This document shows positions 1-10,450 of a stretch of DNA of 64,000 nucleotides, piece after piece (position 1 is the stretch's first letter; each line of letters begins with the position of its first letter). Origin of the DNA: an uncultured Ruminococcus sp. (GTDB lineage: Bacteria; Bacillota; Clostridia; Oscillospirales; Ruminococcaceae); the NCBI GenBank assembly GCA_937920725.1, contig CALEUW010000018.1:123447-187446 (forward strand), given 5' to 3'. The notes below the pieces were generated by a model. That model had not been told where the DNA came from and did no database searches. It saw only the letters and a list, made by a program, of their open reading frames with translations. The translations under genes and the position numbers were made by a program.

Positions 1-571
<571 letters not shown>

Positions 572-585
572 TTAACCTAAAATCA

Positions 586-620
586 GCACAGTCGAGGTTA
601 AGCTTCGGCTGTGTTTTTTT
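586..620 (+). terminator. putative intrinsic terminator after ilvC
   Basis: Imperfect hairpin cacagtcgag...cttcggctgtg followed by a T7 run. Confidence 0.5.
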
Positions 621-713
621 ATTTTCTTATGTTTAAGTTGCTGAAGTTTTAGTCTGATAATGTCGTATTATGTGACGAAAACGTACATTTTATGTGTTAT
701 TTTTTTCATTCCT

Positions 714-743
714 ATTGACATGATAAATGCATATTATGTATAA
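714..743 (+). promoter_or_regulatory. sigma-A-like promoter of the polysaccharide locus (TTGACA-18-TATAAT)
   Basis: ttgacatgataaatgcatattatgtataat lies ~50 nt upstream of the priming-transferase start. Confidence 0.5.
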
Positions 744-794
744 TATTATTCGATAGATAACAATAGCTTGTTTAAAGGGAGGAGTTGCACTTTT

Positions 795-1490
795 ATGGCT
801 GATTTACAAACAGCTTTAATTGAGAGGGTAAGCTCGGTACAAACAAAACCCGAAAGACAGGAAGTACATATAAATAGTTCAAAAGCATATCATTTTGTCA
901 AAAGAGCGTTTGATATAGCATTATCGTTGGTTTCTCTTGTTGTGTTAAGTCCTGTTTTTTTAATAGTATCGGCTGTTATATTTTTGTCTGACTTTCACTC
1001 TCCGATTTTTAAGCAGCAGCGTCTTACAAAGGATTCAAAGTTGTTTAACATGTATAAATTTCGTTCTATGTGCGTTGATGCAGAAGACAGGCTTGCAGAG
1101 TTACAGGAGTTTAATGAGGCAGATGAAGACGGAAAAGCATTTAAGATGACTGATGATCCTAGAATTACTAGAATAGGTAAGTTTTTAAGAAAGACAAGTA
1201 TAGATGAGCTTCCTCAGCTTGTGAATATTTTAAAGGGAAATATGAGCTTCGTAGGGCCTCGTCCTCCGCTTCCGAGGGAAGTTGAAGAATACGACGATTA
1301 TGAACTTCACAGGCTTGATGTAAAATCCGGTCTTACCTGCTATTGGCAATGCTCCGGCAGAAGTAATCTTTCCTTTGATGACTGGGTTGCGCTAGACATA
1401 AAGTACATAAACGAACAATCTTTAAAGACCGACATAATAATATTTTTCAAAACGTTTGGAGCTGTTTTAAAAGGTGACGGAGCGGTATAA
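795..1490 (+). CDS. initiating sugar phosphotransferase (bacterial sugar transferase family, WbaP/CpsE/EpsL-like)
   Basis: One TM helix, then ...KFRSM...DELPQLVNILKGNMSFVGPRPPLPREVEEYD..., typical of undecaprenyl-phosphate hexose-1-P transferases. ATG 795 follows GGGAGG; the ORF track begins at TTG 768. Confidence 0.85.
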   Translation: MADLQTALIERVSSVQTKPERQEVHINSSKAYHFVKRAFDIALSLVSLVVLSPVFLIVSAVIFLSDFHSPIFKQQRLTKDSKLFNMYKFRSMCVDAEDRLAELQEFNEADEDGKAFKMTDDPRITRIGKFLRKTSIDELPQLVNILKGNMSFVGPRPPLPREVEEYDDYELHRLDVKSGLTCYWQCSGRSNLSFDDWVALDIKYINEQSLKTDIIIFFKTFGAVLKGDGAV

Positions 1491-1574
1491 AGATGAAATC
1501 GCATATTTGGTTCGAGCTGTTATTGTTTTCTGATTTGTATTCATTAATATAGTAAGAGTTTTGACGGTGAATTA

Positions 1575-1955
1575 ATGATGTTCTGTAAGACAATTTGCAG
1601 GACTTTGTTTTTTGTAATGGTGATAAATTTGACAAGAAAAGAATTGGTAGATTTTTTTAATACCTTTGAAAATTCAACGGTTGACTGTCCGTTTTCCGGC
1701 GATGATATAAGTTTGGTGGCAAGACACATAAGCAACGGAAAATGGTATGCGCTTGTGATGAAGCTTGATGGCAAGGACATAGTTAATTTGAAATGTGATC
1801 CTTTGCAGTCGCAGTTTTTGAGAGACAATTTTGATGGAATTTACGAAGCGTATCATATGAATAAGGTGCACTGGAACACAGTTGACCTTGAAAGCGATGT
1901 GCCGAGCAATCTTATAAAAGATTTGGTATCTCATAGCTTTGAGCTTACTTTGTAG
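1575..1955 (+). CDS. MmcQ/YjbR-family protein (putative DNA-binding)
   Basis: ...AYHMNKVHWNTV... motif and a size typical of the YjbR/MmcQ family. Confidence 0.55.
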   Translation: MMFCKTICRTLFFVMVINLTRKELVDFFNTFENSTVDCPFSGDDISLVARHISNGKWYALVMKLDGKDIVNLKCDPLQSQFLRDNFDGIYEAYHMNKVHWNTVDLESDVPSNLIKDLVSHSFELTL

Positions 1956-1978
1956 GCTGAAAATAAAAAATGGGATCC

Positions 1979-2011
1979 AGCACCTGCCATAATAAAAGAC
2001 GGTGCTTTTTG
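1979..2011 (+). terminator. intrinsic terminator
   Basis: agcacc...ggtgct hairpin followed by TTTTT. Confidence 0.55.
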
Positions 2012-2101
2012 TATATTATGGTATTTTTGACTTGAAATGTGTCTTAATCTACACACCTTTAGTATGATGTGTAGAAAAAAGAAAAAGCAGTTGTTTTAGC
2101 G

Positions 2102-2130
2102 TTGACATAAACATTTAGTTATGATAAAAT
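2102..2130 (+). promoter_or_regulatory. sigma-A-like promoter (TTGACA-17-TAAAAT) for the fkp-ugd-glycosyltransferase operon
   Basis: ttgacataaacatttagttatgataaaat. An 8-bp palindrome TCTACACA/TGTGTAGA lies upstream at 2048-2075, and a 10-bp-stem hairpin sits in the 5' UTR at 2198-2239. Confidence 0.45.
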
Positions 2131-2258
2131 TTATATAATGTATTCTAGACATAATCGGTAAGTGCAGGTTGGTGAATGCAGGGAAAGAGTAAGTATTAAG
2201 AGCTTTGTCGCATAAACATAAAAGTGCATCAAAGCTCTTAAATAAATAGGAGATTGAT

Positions 2259-5200
2259 ATGGATAAATTTGCACCTTCGTTATTTTTATCTCAATCCTAC
2301 GGGGACGCCTGGCAGGACTATAGAAGAATGTTGACACGTTCGACTTTTGCTTGTTGGGATTATGTCATTTTGACAGCGTCCAATGAGAAGCAAGCAGTGG
2401 GTTTTCGTGCGCAGATTGCCGAGCGTCAGCAAGCAGGCTTTTTACCGTCTAAAACTCATTTTGCAGTTATTCCCGATCCTGAAGGTAAAAGAGTAGGAAG
2501 CGGCGGAGCAACCTTAGGCGTTATTAAGTATATCGCTGAGAGAGAAAAAACTACAGATTTTTCGGATTTGCGGATTCTTGTTATTCACTCCGGCGGAGAC
2601 AGCAAACGTGTTCCGCAGTATTCTGCTTTGGGAAAACTATTTTCTCCTGTGCCTCATGAGCTTCCAAATGGAAGGGTATCGACTCTTTTTGATGAGTTTA
2701 TGATCGGTATGGCTGGCGTTCCGGCTCGAATCAGAGAAGGTATGCTGCTTCTTTCCGGTGATGTTTTGCTGTTGTTTAACCCGTTGCAGATTGATTATTC
2801 CGGCGATGGAGCAGCCGCTGTTTCTTTTAAAGAAAATGTAGAAGTCGGTAAAAATCACGGGGTTTTTCTTCGTGGAGAAAGTGGAAATGTAGTTAGATTT
2901 TTACATAAACAGAGTGCTCAGTCGCTGCGTTCTTACGGAGCTGTCAATGAGCGTGACTGTGTTGATATTGATACAGGTGCGGTTATCTTTTCTTCAAAAA
3001 TGCTTGAAGCTTTGTATGGGCTGATATCCTGTGACGGAAAGCCTGATGAGCTTAGATATAATAAATATGTAAACGAAACTGTAAGATTATCTCTTTATGG
3101 GGACTTTTTGTATCCATTAGCTTCTGATTCTACTTTGGAGGATTTCTATAAGGAAAAACCCGAGGGTGAATATTGTGATGAACTTAGAAATGCCCGTACT
3201 GAAGTTTGGAATGCTTTGCGACCTTTTGGTATGAAGCTTCTTAGACTTGCTCCTGCTAAATTTATACATTTCGGAACAACGAAAGAGATCATGGAATTGA
3301 TGTCTGACAAAATTTCCGAGTATAGTCATCTTGGCTGGAGCAAATGTGTCAACAGCAGTATCGTTCATGAAAATGTGGCAGGCTACAGCAGTGTTCTTTC
3401 AAGTTATGCAGAGTGTGGAAAAAATTGCTATCTTGAGGATAGCTATGTGCATCACGGCGCCGTTGTGGGTGATAATGTCTTACTCTCATATGTTGATATA
3501 CATGATGAAAATATCCCGTCAAACATTGTTTTGCATGGACTGAAACAACAGGACGGACGATTTGTAGTCCGTATATACGGAGTCGAGGATAACCCTAAGG
3601 GGATTTTGGAAGATGGATGCACTTTTTTAGGCAGTCCGTTTTCGGAATTTATAGAGAATAATCAAATCGATATAGATCAGCTGTGGCAGGGTGACAGCAG
3701 TCATTCGTTATGGGAGGCTAAGCTTTATCCGTCATGCGCTACTATTGAAGAAGCACTGGCTGCAGCACTTAACGTTTATGATATGGTTTTGGGAAAAGGT
3801 GATATTAAAGCTTGGGTTGAGTCACAGCGAAAGAGCCTTAAGTCCGGTTTTAATGAAGCGGATCCTAATGCACTTGTTGCGTGGGACAAGCGTATGCAGG
3901 AGCTTGTTCGCATGGACCGATTAGCTAAGCTTATTCACAGCGGCCGTCCTGTCAGTGAAGTAAAAGGCATTTTGCAGACAAATAAGCTTACTCCGATTCA
4001 GGAATCCTGGCTTGAACAACGTTTAGAGCGTGTAGATTACAGCGAAGCAATGCGTTTGCACTATTATGTTGGCTGTTTAATAGGAGATGCTGAAGGCGAG
4101 AAGCATATTGCTGAGAGTTTTAGGTGTATCAGTGAAGCGGTGCTGAAGGGCACTATGGAGAATTTAAAGTTTAATGAAAACTGTCAAATAGTTTCAGATA
4201 AGCATATAGTAAAACTGCCCCTTAGAGTGAACTGGGGCGGAGGTTGGAGCGATACTCCGCCGTACTGTAATGAAAACGGCGGTACGGTACTTAACGCGGC
4301 AATTCTTTTGAACGGAGAGATGCCGGTTGAAGTTACGTTGACAAGACTTGATGAACACAAGATTGTGTTTGACAGCCGTGATATGAATGTTCACGGTGAG
4401 TTTACAGAAATAGAACCGCTGCAAGCTACAGGAGATCCGTATGATCGTTTTGCTTTACAAAAAGCGGCGCTTCTTGCATGCGGTATAATTCCAACGGATG
4501 GAGGCGACTTAGACGAAATTCTGACCAGACTTGGCGGAGGATTTGCCATGCAGACTGAAGTCACAGGAGTTCCAAAAGGCAGCGGCCTTGGGACAAGCAG
4601 TATACTTGCAGCAGCGTGTGTGAAGGCTATATTTGAATTCATGGGAATTGAACATACTGAGGATGATTTATACGGCCATGTGCTTTGCATGGAGCAAATC
4701 ATGTCTACCGGAGGAGGTTGGCAGGATCAGGTCGGCGGTTTGAGCAATGGGATTAAGTACATTACTTCTATGCCGGGATTGAATCAAAGGCTTCGAGTTG
4801 AGCATATAAAAGTGCCTGAAAAGGCAATGGCAGAGCTGAATGAACGCTTTGCGCTGATTTATACAGGTCAGAGAAGGCTAGCGAGAAATCTTCTTCGTGA
4901 TGTTGTTGGCAGATACATTGGTAATGAGTCAGATTCTCTGTATGCTCTCAATGAGATACAGAAAGTTGCTGCATTGATGCGATTTGAACTTGAGCGAGGA
5001 AACATTGCTGCATTTACAGAACTTATGTCACAGCACTGGGAGCTTTCAAAGAAGATAGATTCTGAAAGTACTAATACTCTTATAGATCAGATCTTTTTTT
5101 CCATTGATGATCTTATTGACGGTAAAATGATTTCAGGTGCCGGCGGCGGCGGATTTTTACAGGTAATTCTGAAAAAAGGCGTTACTAAAGATCAGGTTCA

Positions 5201-5264
5201 CAAAAGGCTTAAGAGTGTATTTCAGGATAATGATATTGATGTTTGGGAATGCGAGTTAGTGTAG
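2259..5264 (+). CDS. fkp: bifunctional L-fucokinase / L-fucose-1-phosphate guanylyltransferase (Fkp-like; GDP-L-fucose salvage)
   Basis: The N-terminal region (VILTASNEKQA...LVIHSGGDSKRVPQY...LLLSGDVLLLFN) resembles the fucokinase/GDP-fucose pyrophosphorylase domain. The C-terminus has GHMP-kinase motifs (NWGGGWSDTPPYCNENGG... PKGSGLGTSSILAAA). The ~1000-aa length matches Bacteroides Fkp. Confidence 0.8.
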   Translation: MDKFAPSLFLSQSYGDAWQDYRRMLTRSTFACWDYVILTASNEKQAVGFRAQIAERQQAGFLPSKTHFAVIPDPEGKRVGSGGATLGVIKYIAEREKTTDFSDLRILVIHSGGDSKRVPQYSALGKLFSPVPHELPNGRVSTLFDEFMIGMAGVPARIREGMLLLSGDVLLLFNPLQIDYSGDGAAAVSFKENVEVGKNHGVFLRGESGNVVRFLHKQSAQSLRSYGAVNERDCVDIDTGAVIFSSKMLEALYGLISCDGKPDELRYNKYVNETVRLSLYGDFLYPLASDSTLEDFYKEKPEGEYCDELRNARTEVWNALRPFGMKLLRLAPAKFIHFGTTKEIMELMSDKISEYSHLGWSKCVNSSIVHENVAGYSSVLSSYAECGKNCYLEDSYVHHGAVVGDNVLLSYVDIHDENIPSNIVLHGLKQQDGRFVVRIYGVEDNPKGILEDGCTFLGSPFSEFIENNQIDIDQLWQGDSSHSLWEAKLYPSCATIEEALAAALNVYDMVLGKGDIKAWVESQRKSLKSGFNEADPNALVAWDKRMQELVRMDRLAKLIHSGRPVSEVKGILQTNKLTPIQESWLEQRLERVDYSEAMRLHYYVGCLIGDAEGEKHIAESFRCISEAVLKGTMENLKFNENCQIVSDKHIVKLPLRVNWGGGWSDTPPYCNENGGTVLNAAILLNGEMPVEVTLTRLDEHKIVFDSRDMNVHGEFTEIEPLQATGDPYDRFALQKAALLACGIIPTDGGDLDEILTRLGGGFAMQTEVTGVPKGSGLGTSSILAAACVKAIFEFMGIEHTEDDLYGHVLCMEQIMSTGGGWQDQVGGLSNGIKYITSMPGLNQRLRVEHIKVPEKAMAELNERFALIYTGQRRLARNLLRDVVGRYIGNESDSLYALNEIQKVAALMRFELERGNIAAFTELMSQHWELSKKIDSESTNTLIDQIFFSIDDLIDGKMISGAGGGGFLQVILKKGVTKDQVHKRLKSVFQDNDIDVWECELV

Positions 5265-5295
5265 GAGCTTGTAAGATAGGAGGGAGATATATACC

Positions 5296-6546
5296 ATGAA
5301 AAAAGAATTTAAGATTGCAGTTGCAGGAACAGGATATGTGGGGTTATCTATTGCAACTTTGCTGGCACAGCATCACAAGGTTTTTGCTGTGGATATTATA
5401 CCTGAAAAGGTAGAAATGATTAATAATCGTAAATCTCCGATTCAAGATGAGTATATAGAAAAGTATCTGGCTGAAAAGGAGCTGGATCTGACCGCAACAC
5501 TAGACGCTGAACTCGCTTACAGCAATGCGGATTTTGTTGTAATTGCAGCTCCTACTAATTATGATAGTCATAAAAATTTCTTCGACACGTCTGCGGTTGA
5601 GGCTGTGATCAAACTGGTCATGGAACATAACCCAAATGCAATTATGGTTATTAAGTCTACCATTCCTGTCGGATATACGAAAAGCATCCGCGAAAAGACG
5701 GGCAGCAAGAACATCATCTTCAGTCCTGAGTTTTTAAGAGAATCAAAAGCGCTTTATGATAATTTGTATCCAAGCAGAATTATTGTCGGTACTGATATGA
5801 GCGATAAAAGGCTTGTTGAAGCTGCACACACTTTTGCAGAGTTTCTACAGGAAGGCGCAATCAAAGAAGATATCGATACTCTCTTTATGGGATTTACTGA
5901 AGCAGAGGCAGTGAAGTTGTTTGCGAATACATATTTAGCACTTCGTGTAAGTTATTTCAACGAGTTGGATACATATGCTGAAATGAAAGGGTTGAATACT
6001 CAGCAGATTATTGATGGTGTTTGTCTTGATCCAAGAATCGGTTCACATTACAATAATCCTAGTTTTGGTTACGGTGGATACTGTCTGCCAAAAGACACCA
6101 AGCAGCTTCTGGCCAACTATGAGGATGTGCCGGAGAACCTGATTGAAGCTATCGTGGAGAGCAACAGAACTCGTAAGGACTTTATTGCCGATCGTGTGCT
6201 GAAAATGGCCGGGTATTACGGATACGAGGAAGATAATTTATATAGCAAGAATAAAGAAAAGCTGATTACGATTGGTGTTTATAGGCTGACAATGAAGAGT
6301 AACTCTGATAACTTCCGTCAGAGCAGTATCCAGGGCGTCATGAAGCGCATTAAAGCGAAAGGTGCAACTGTTGTGATTTATGAGCCTACGTTGGAAAATG
6401 GCAGCACTTTTTTCGGAAGTGTAGTTGTTAATAATCTTGATGAGTTCAAGAAAATGACAGATGCGATCATTGCGAACCGTTATGACAAGTGCCTTGATGA
6501 TGTGAAAGACAAGATTTATACTAGGGATATTTTTATGAGGGATTGA
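5296..6546 (+). CDS. ugd: UDP-glucose 6-dehydrogenase
   Basis: [18 protein letters not shown]... [24 protein letters not shown]... [10 protein letters not shown]; near-colinear with streptococcal HasB. RBS AGGAGGGA. Confidence 0.9.
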   Translation: MKKEFKIAVAGTGYVGLSIATLLAQHHKVFAVDIIPEKVEMINNRKSPIQDEYIEKYLAEKELDLTATLDAELAYSNADFVVIAAPTNYDSHKNFFDTSAVEAVIKLVMEHNPNAIMVIKSTIPVGYTKSIREKTGSKNIIFSPEFLRESKALYDNLYPSRIIVGTDMSDKRLVEAAHTFAEFLQEGAIKEDIDTLFMGFTEAEAVKLFANTYLALRVSYFNELDTYAEMKGLNTQQIIDGVCLDPRIGSHYNNPSFGYGGYCLPKDTKQLLANYEDVPENLIEAIVESNRTRKDFIADRVLKMAGYYGYEEDNLYSKNKEKLITIGVYRLTMKSNSDNFRQSSIQGVMKRIKAKGATVVIYEPTLENGSTFFGSVVVNNLDEFKKMTDAIIANRYDKCLDDVKDKIYTRDIFMRD

Positions 6547-6550
6547 TTTA

Positions 6551-7351
6551 ATGAGAAATGACATTAATTTAAAAAAAATTGATAATGTAAAGGTAATTGA
6601 CTTTATTGGTATACGATTAAATAATATGTCTTCAGAAGAAATATTGAATCATGTTGATTACTGCGTAGAAAGAAAAATTCCTTGTCAGATTGTTGGAATC
6701 AATGTGGACCAAGCTGTTAGGGTTTTAGAAGATAAAAAGTCATATAAAATATTTCAGGATGCGGAGCTTGTATTTACGGATGGACAACCTATTGTATGGA
6801 TGGCCAAGAAAATGAAGCGCCCTATCGTTGAAAAGGTTTCTGGACCTGATTTGATGCTTAAACTGTGTGAGAGAGCAGCCCAAAAGCAGTATAAAGTATT
6901 TATACTTGGTGCAGGACCTAATGTTGCAAAACAGGCAGCAATTAATTTACAAAAAATGTATCCGAATTTTCAGTGTGTTGGAACATATTCGCCTCCATTT
7001 GGATTTGAAAAGGATCCGCAAGAGATGAAAAAGATTATAACGATGTTAAAGGAGTCTGGTGCGGACGAGCTTTTTGTTGGTATGGGATCTCCGAAACAGG
7101 ATGTTTTTATATACGAAAACATGAATGAATATGGAATAGCAGTTTCATTTTCTATGGGAGCAGCGATTGATTTTATAGCAGGAAACGTTAAGAGAGCGCC
7201 CAAATGGATGAGTGATCATGGATTGGAATGGTTTCATCGATTTCTGCAAAATCCCAAGCGTTTGTACAGACGTTATTTTATAGATGACCGAAAAATACTT
7301 AAATACTATAGAGAGTTTGTTAAGAAAGAAAAAGCAGCGGGAAGGCTGTAA
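6551..7351 (+). CDS. WecB/TagA/CpsF-family glycosyltransferase
   Basis: Conserved ...VFTDGQPIVWMAKK...GVGMGSPKQDVFI...HGLEWFHRFLQNPKRLYRRY... Confidence 0.8.
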   Translation: MRNDINLKKIDNVKVIDFIGIRLNNMSSEEILNHVDYCVERKIPCQIVGINVDQAVRVLEDKKSYKIFQDAELVFTDGQPIVWMAKKMKRPIVEKVSGPDLMLKLCERAAQKQYKVFILGAGPNVAKQAAINLQKMYPNFQCVGTYSPPFGFEKDPQEMKKIITMLKESGADELFVGMGSPKQDVFIYENMNEYGIAVSFSMGAAIDFIAGNVKRAPKWMSDHGLEWFHRFLQNPKRLYRRYFIDDRKILKYYREFVKKEKAAGRL

Positions 7352-7365
7352 TCGGGTAAATAGAA

Positions 7366-8462
7366 TGATGAGAGTATTAGTGATTGAAACGACTGTCTTT
7401 GGGTATGATGGAATTTCAAATGTTGTTTTAAACTATTATAAATATCAGAACCATGAAAAAGTATGGATGGATTTGTTAACGATTAATCCGGTAAATGATA
7501 CTTTGAAAAAATTGCTGAATCAAAATAAAAATCAAAACTTCGTTTTACCATGTCGAAATCGTAATCCGTTTAAATATGTAAGACAACTTGTGAAAATCAT
7601 ACGGGAAGGGGAATACGATATTATTCATGTGCATGGATGTAGCGCCACAATGGCTGTTGAGATGTTGGCAGGAAAGTTAGCTGGAGTAGATGTTAGAATT
7701 GCTCATAGTCATAGCACGAAATGCAATCATATGTGGATTAATAGATTTTTGAGAATCTTTTTTAAGCGATGGTGTAATTACGGTTTTGCATGTGGTGAAG
7801 AAGCAGGAAAATGGTTATTTCCTAAAAAAGAGTTTTGCGTGATTCCTAATGGTATTGATTTGGAGAAGTTCAGATATGATGAGGCAATGAGAAACTTATT
7901 CAGGAAAAAAAATAATTTGGATGGAAAGTTTGTCGTTGGTCATATTGGAAGGTTTAGTATGGCGAAAAACCATGAGAAGTTAGTTGATATTTTTGCAAAA
8001 ATCAGCAAACGTGTACCGAACAGTATTCTGGTTTTAATTGGAGACGGAGAACTAAGAGAACAAATTGAAAATAAAGTTAAGACTCTTAATTTAAATGTAT
8101 TATTTGTTGGATTAAGCAGCCAAGTAGAAAAATGGCTTCAGGCTATGGATGTAATGGTTTTCCCGTCTATATTTGAAGGATTGCCGCTTAGTCTTGTAGA
8201 AGCACAGGCTACAGCGTTACCGTGTATGCTGAGTGATTCCATCTCTCCGATGACTAAAATCACAGATCCTGTTCGGTTTGAAAGCTTAGATGCAACTGCG
8301 GAAACGTGGGCTGATGATACTATCTCATTAGTGAAATCGTTTGATAGAAATAAATACAGTAGTGAGGTAAAGGATATGATTAGAAAGGCTCACTATGATA
8401 TAAGAGAGAATTGTGCCGAGCTAGTAAGTCAATACGAAAGAATGGTGAGTGAAAGTAAATGA
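7366..8462 (+). CDS. glycosyltransferase family 4 (GT-B, EX7E motif)
   Basis: ...FPSIFEGLPLSLVEAQATALPCMLSD... The track ORF starts at 7284 and overlaps the upstream gene. ATG 7366 (MMRVLVIE) is the first start after the upstream stop. Confidence 0.8.
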
Positions 8463-9664
8463 AGTATTTAATTTTAGGTGCTGGTCCTGCAGGATTGGCA
8501 TTTGCAAATAAGTTAAAGGAAAAAGGCGAAACTTCATTTTTAGTACTGGAAAAGGAAAAAGAGGCTGGCGGTCTTTGCAGATCAGCCAAAGTAGATGGAT
8601 CCCCTTTTGATATAGGCGGCGGTCATTTTTTAGATGTGAGAAGACCAAATGTAAATGAATTTCTCTTTCAATTCATGCCGGAAGCAGAGTGGAATAAATA
8701 TGATAGGGACAGTCGAATTAAAGTAAATGATAATTTGATCAGCCATCCTATAGAAGCGAATATTTGGCAGATGAAAATTGAGGATCAGGTAGAATATTTG
8801 AAGTCGATTGCAACGGCTGGTTGTAACTTAAAAACTGAGATGCCTAAGGAATTTGTCGCTTGGATTTATTGGAAACTTGGTGATAAAGTAGCAGATGATT
8901 ATATGATACCGTATAACCAAAAGATGTTTGGCGATGAGTTAGATGAGTTAGGAACATATTGGCTTGACAAACTTCCGAATGTTAGTTTTGAGGAAACGTT
9001 ACTGTCATGCTTAACTAAACGTGCATATGGAAAACAACCCGGACATGCTCAATTTTATTATCCAAAAAATTATGGATACGGAGAAGTTTGGCTGCGGATG
9101 GCAGATGCCATTAAAAACAATATTGCATATGAAAAAGATGTTATGCAAATTGATTTTACAGATAATTCAGTTACTGTTTTAGATGGTACGAAATACAAAT
9201 CAGAAGTCATTATTACAACGATTCCGTGGGCAGAGTTTAACAGTATTAAAGGCATGCCAAAAGAAATAAAGGATACTATTAAAGAATTAAAGCATAGCTC
9301 AGTGCAAACTGAGTATTTTCAGGAAAATTTGGATACAAAAGCACATTGGATTTATTATCCGGAAGCTGAGTTGCCATATCACAGAATCTTAGTTCGACAT
9401 AACTTTTGTCCGGGTAGCCGTGGATATTGGACTGAAACAAATTCAAATAGGATATCTATTGACTCTGTTAATGGTAATTTTAAGTATATGAATCAGTATG
9501 CATATCCGTTAAATACCGTAAATAAACCTGAGGTAATGAAAAACCTATTAAGTTGGTGTGAGGAGCATCAGGTATATGGTCTTGGGCGTTGGGGAGAACA
9601 TCAGCATTATAATTCCGATGTAACAGTAGACTTGGCTATGAGGTTAGCAGATCGTTTATCTTAA
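8459..9664 (+). CDS. FAD-dependent oxidoreductase, UDP-galactopyranose mutase (Glf)-like
   Basis: N-terminal Rossmann motif LILGAGPAGLAFA...LEKEKEAGG. The C-terminus (YAYPLNTVNKPEVMKN...GLGRWGEHQHYNSDVTVDLAMRLA) parallels the Glf tail (YYPVN...GRLAEYKYYDM...). Confidence 0.5.
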   Translation: MKYLILGAGPAGLAFANKLKEKGETSFLVLEKEKEAGGLCRSAKVDGSPFDIGGGHFLDVRRPNVNEFLFQFMPEAEWNKYDRDSRIKVNDNLISHPIEANIWQMKIEDQVEYLKSIATAGCNLKTEMPKEFVAWIYWKLGDKVADDYMIPYNQKMFGDELDELGTYWLDKLPNVSFEETLLSCLTKRAYGKQPGHAQFYYPKNYGYGEVWLRMADAIKNNIAYEKDVMQIDFTDNSVTVLDGTKYKSEVIITTIPWAEFNSIKGMPKEIKDTIKELKHSSVQTEYFQENLDTKAHWIYYPEAELPYHRILVRHNFCPGSRGYWTETNSNRISIDSVNGNFKYMNQYAYPLNTVNKPEVMKNLLSWCEEHQVYGLGRWGEHQHYNSDVTVDLAMRLADRLS

Positions 9665-9675
9665 TGGAGGATTAT

Positions 9676-10449
9676 ATGAAAAAATTTTCTGTTATTACAA
9701 TTTCGTATAATGCCGGAGAAGCAGTTAGAAAGACTGTGGATTCTGTATTAAGACAAGATTTGACAGATATTGAATACTTGTTCATAGATGGTGCCTCTAC
9801 AGACAACACTAAGGAAATCATTGTGGATTGTATAGAAAAATTGGAGAATAGGGGAATCAGTGTTAAATTTATATCTGAACCGGACAAAGGAATTTCGGAT
9901 GCATTTAATAAAGGAATTTTGTGTGCAGAAGGAGAAATTATTGTAATTTTAAATGCAGCTGATACCATGATGGAAGGTACACTGCAAAAAGTACAGCACG
10001 AATTTGATCAAGGGATAGATGTATTATACGGAAATGTACTTTTCTGTGATGAGAAAAGGAATCTTAATTGGATTAGAAAATCTCAAAGCGAGAAGGCGTT
10101 AGGAAAACTTAAATATTCGATGGTACTACAGCACCCGGCAACATATATAAGAAAGAGTGCATATAAGGAATATGGTCTGTATGATATTTCATACAGGTAT
10201 TGCATGGATGAAGAATTATTATATAGATTTTTTATTTCCGGTGCCAAATTTAAATATATGGATTATACATGTACCTGTATGCAGGCAGGTGGCGTTAGTG
10301 ACGATCAGGTATGGAAGGTTCTTAAAGAAGGGACGAGAATCCCGCTCATGTATGGCGATCACGCTATAAAGGTTAATATAATCGTTATATTTAAATTTGT
10401 AAGACATCAAATGGCACATTTGTACAGACGTCTGTTCAGAAGGAGATAA
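9676..10449 (+). CDS. glycosyltransferase family 2
   Basis: FSVITISYNAGEAVRKTVDSVLRQ...FIDGASTDNT. GGAGG lies 5 nt upstream of ATG 9676. Alternative start ATG 9664 overlaps the upstream stop (TAATG). Confidence 0.8.
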   Translation: MKKFSVITISYNAGEAVRKTVDSVLRQDLTDIEYLFIDGASTDNTKEIIVDCIEKLENRGISVKFISEPDKGISDAFNKGILCAEGEIIVILNAADTMMEGTLQKVQHEFDQGIDVLYGNVLFCDEKRNLNWIRKSQSEKALGKLKYSMVLQHPATYIRKSAYKEYGLYDISYRYCMDEELLYRFFISGAKFKYMDYTCTCMQAGGVSDDQVWKVLKEGTRIPLMYGDHAIKVNIIVIFKFVRHQMAHLYRRLFRRR

Positions 10450-10450
10450 A

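Noticed and set aside
7284-7365. Upstream extension of the GT4 gene overlapping the WecB/TagA gene.
   Set aside because: The overlap with the preceding gene is unlikely. ATG 7366 is the first start after the upstream stop.
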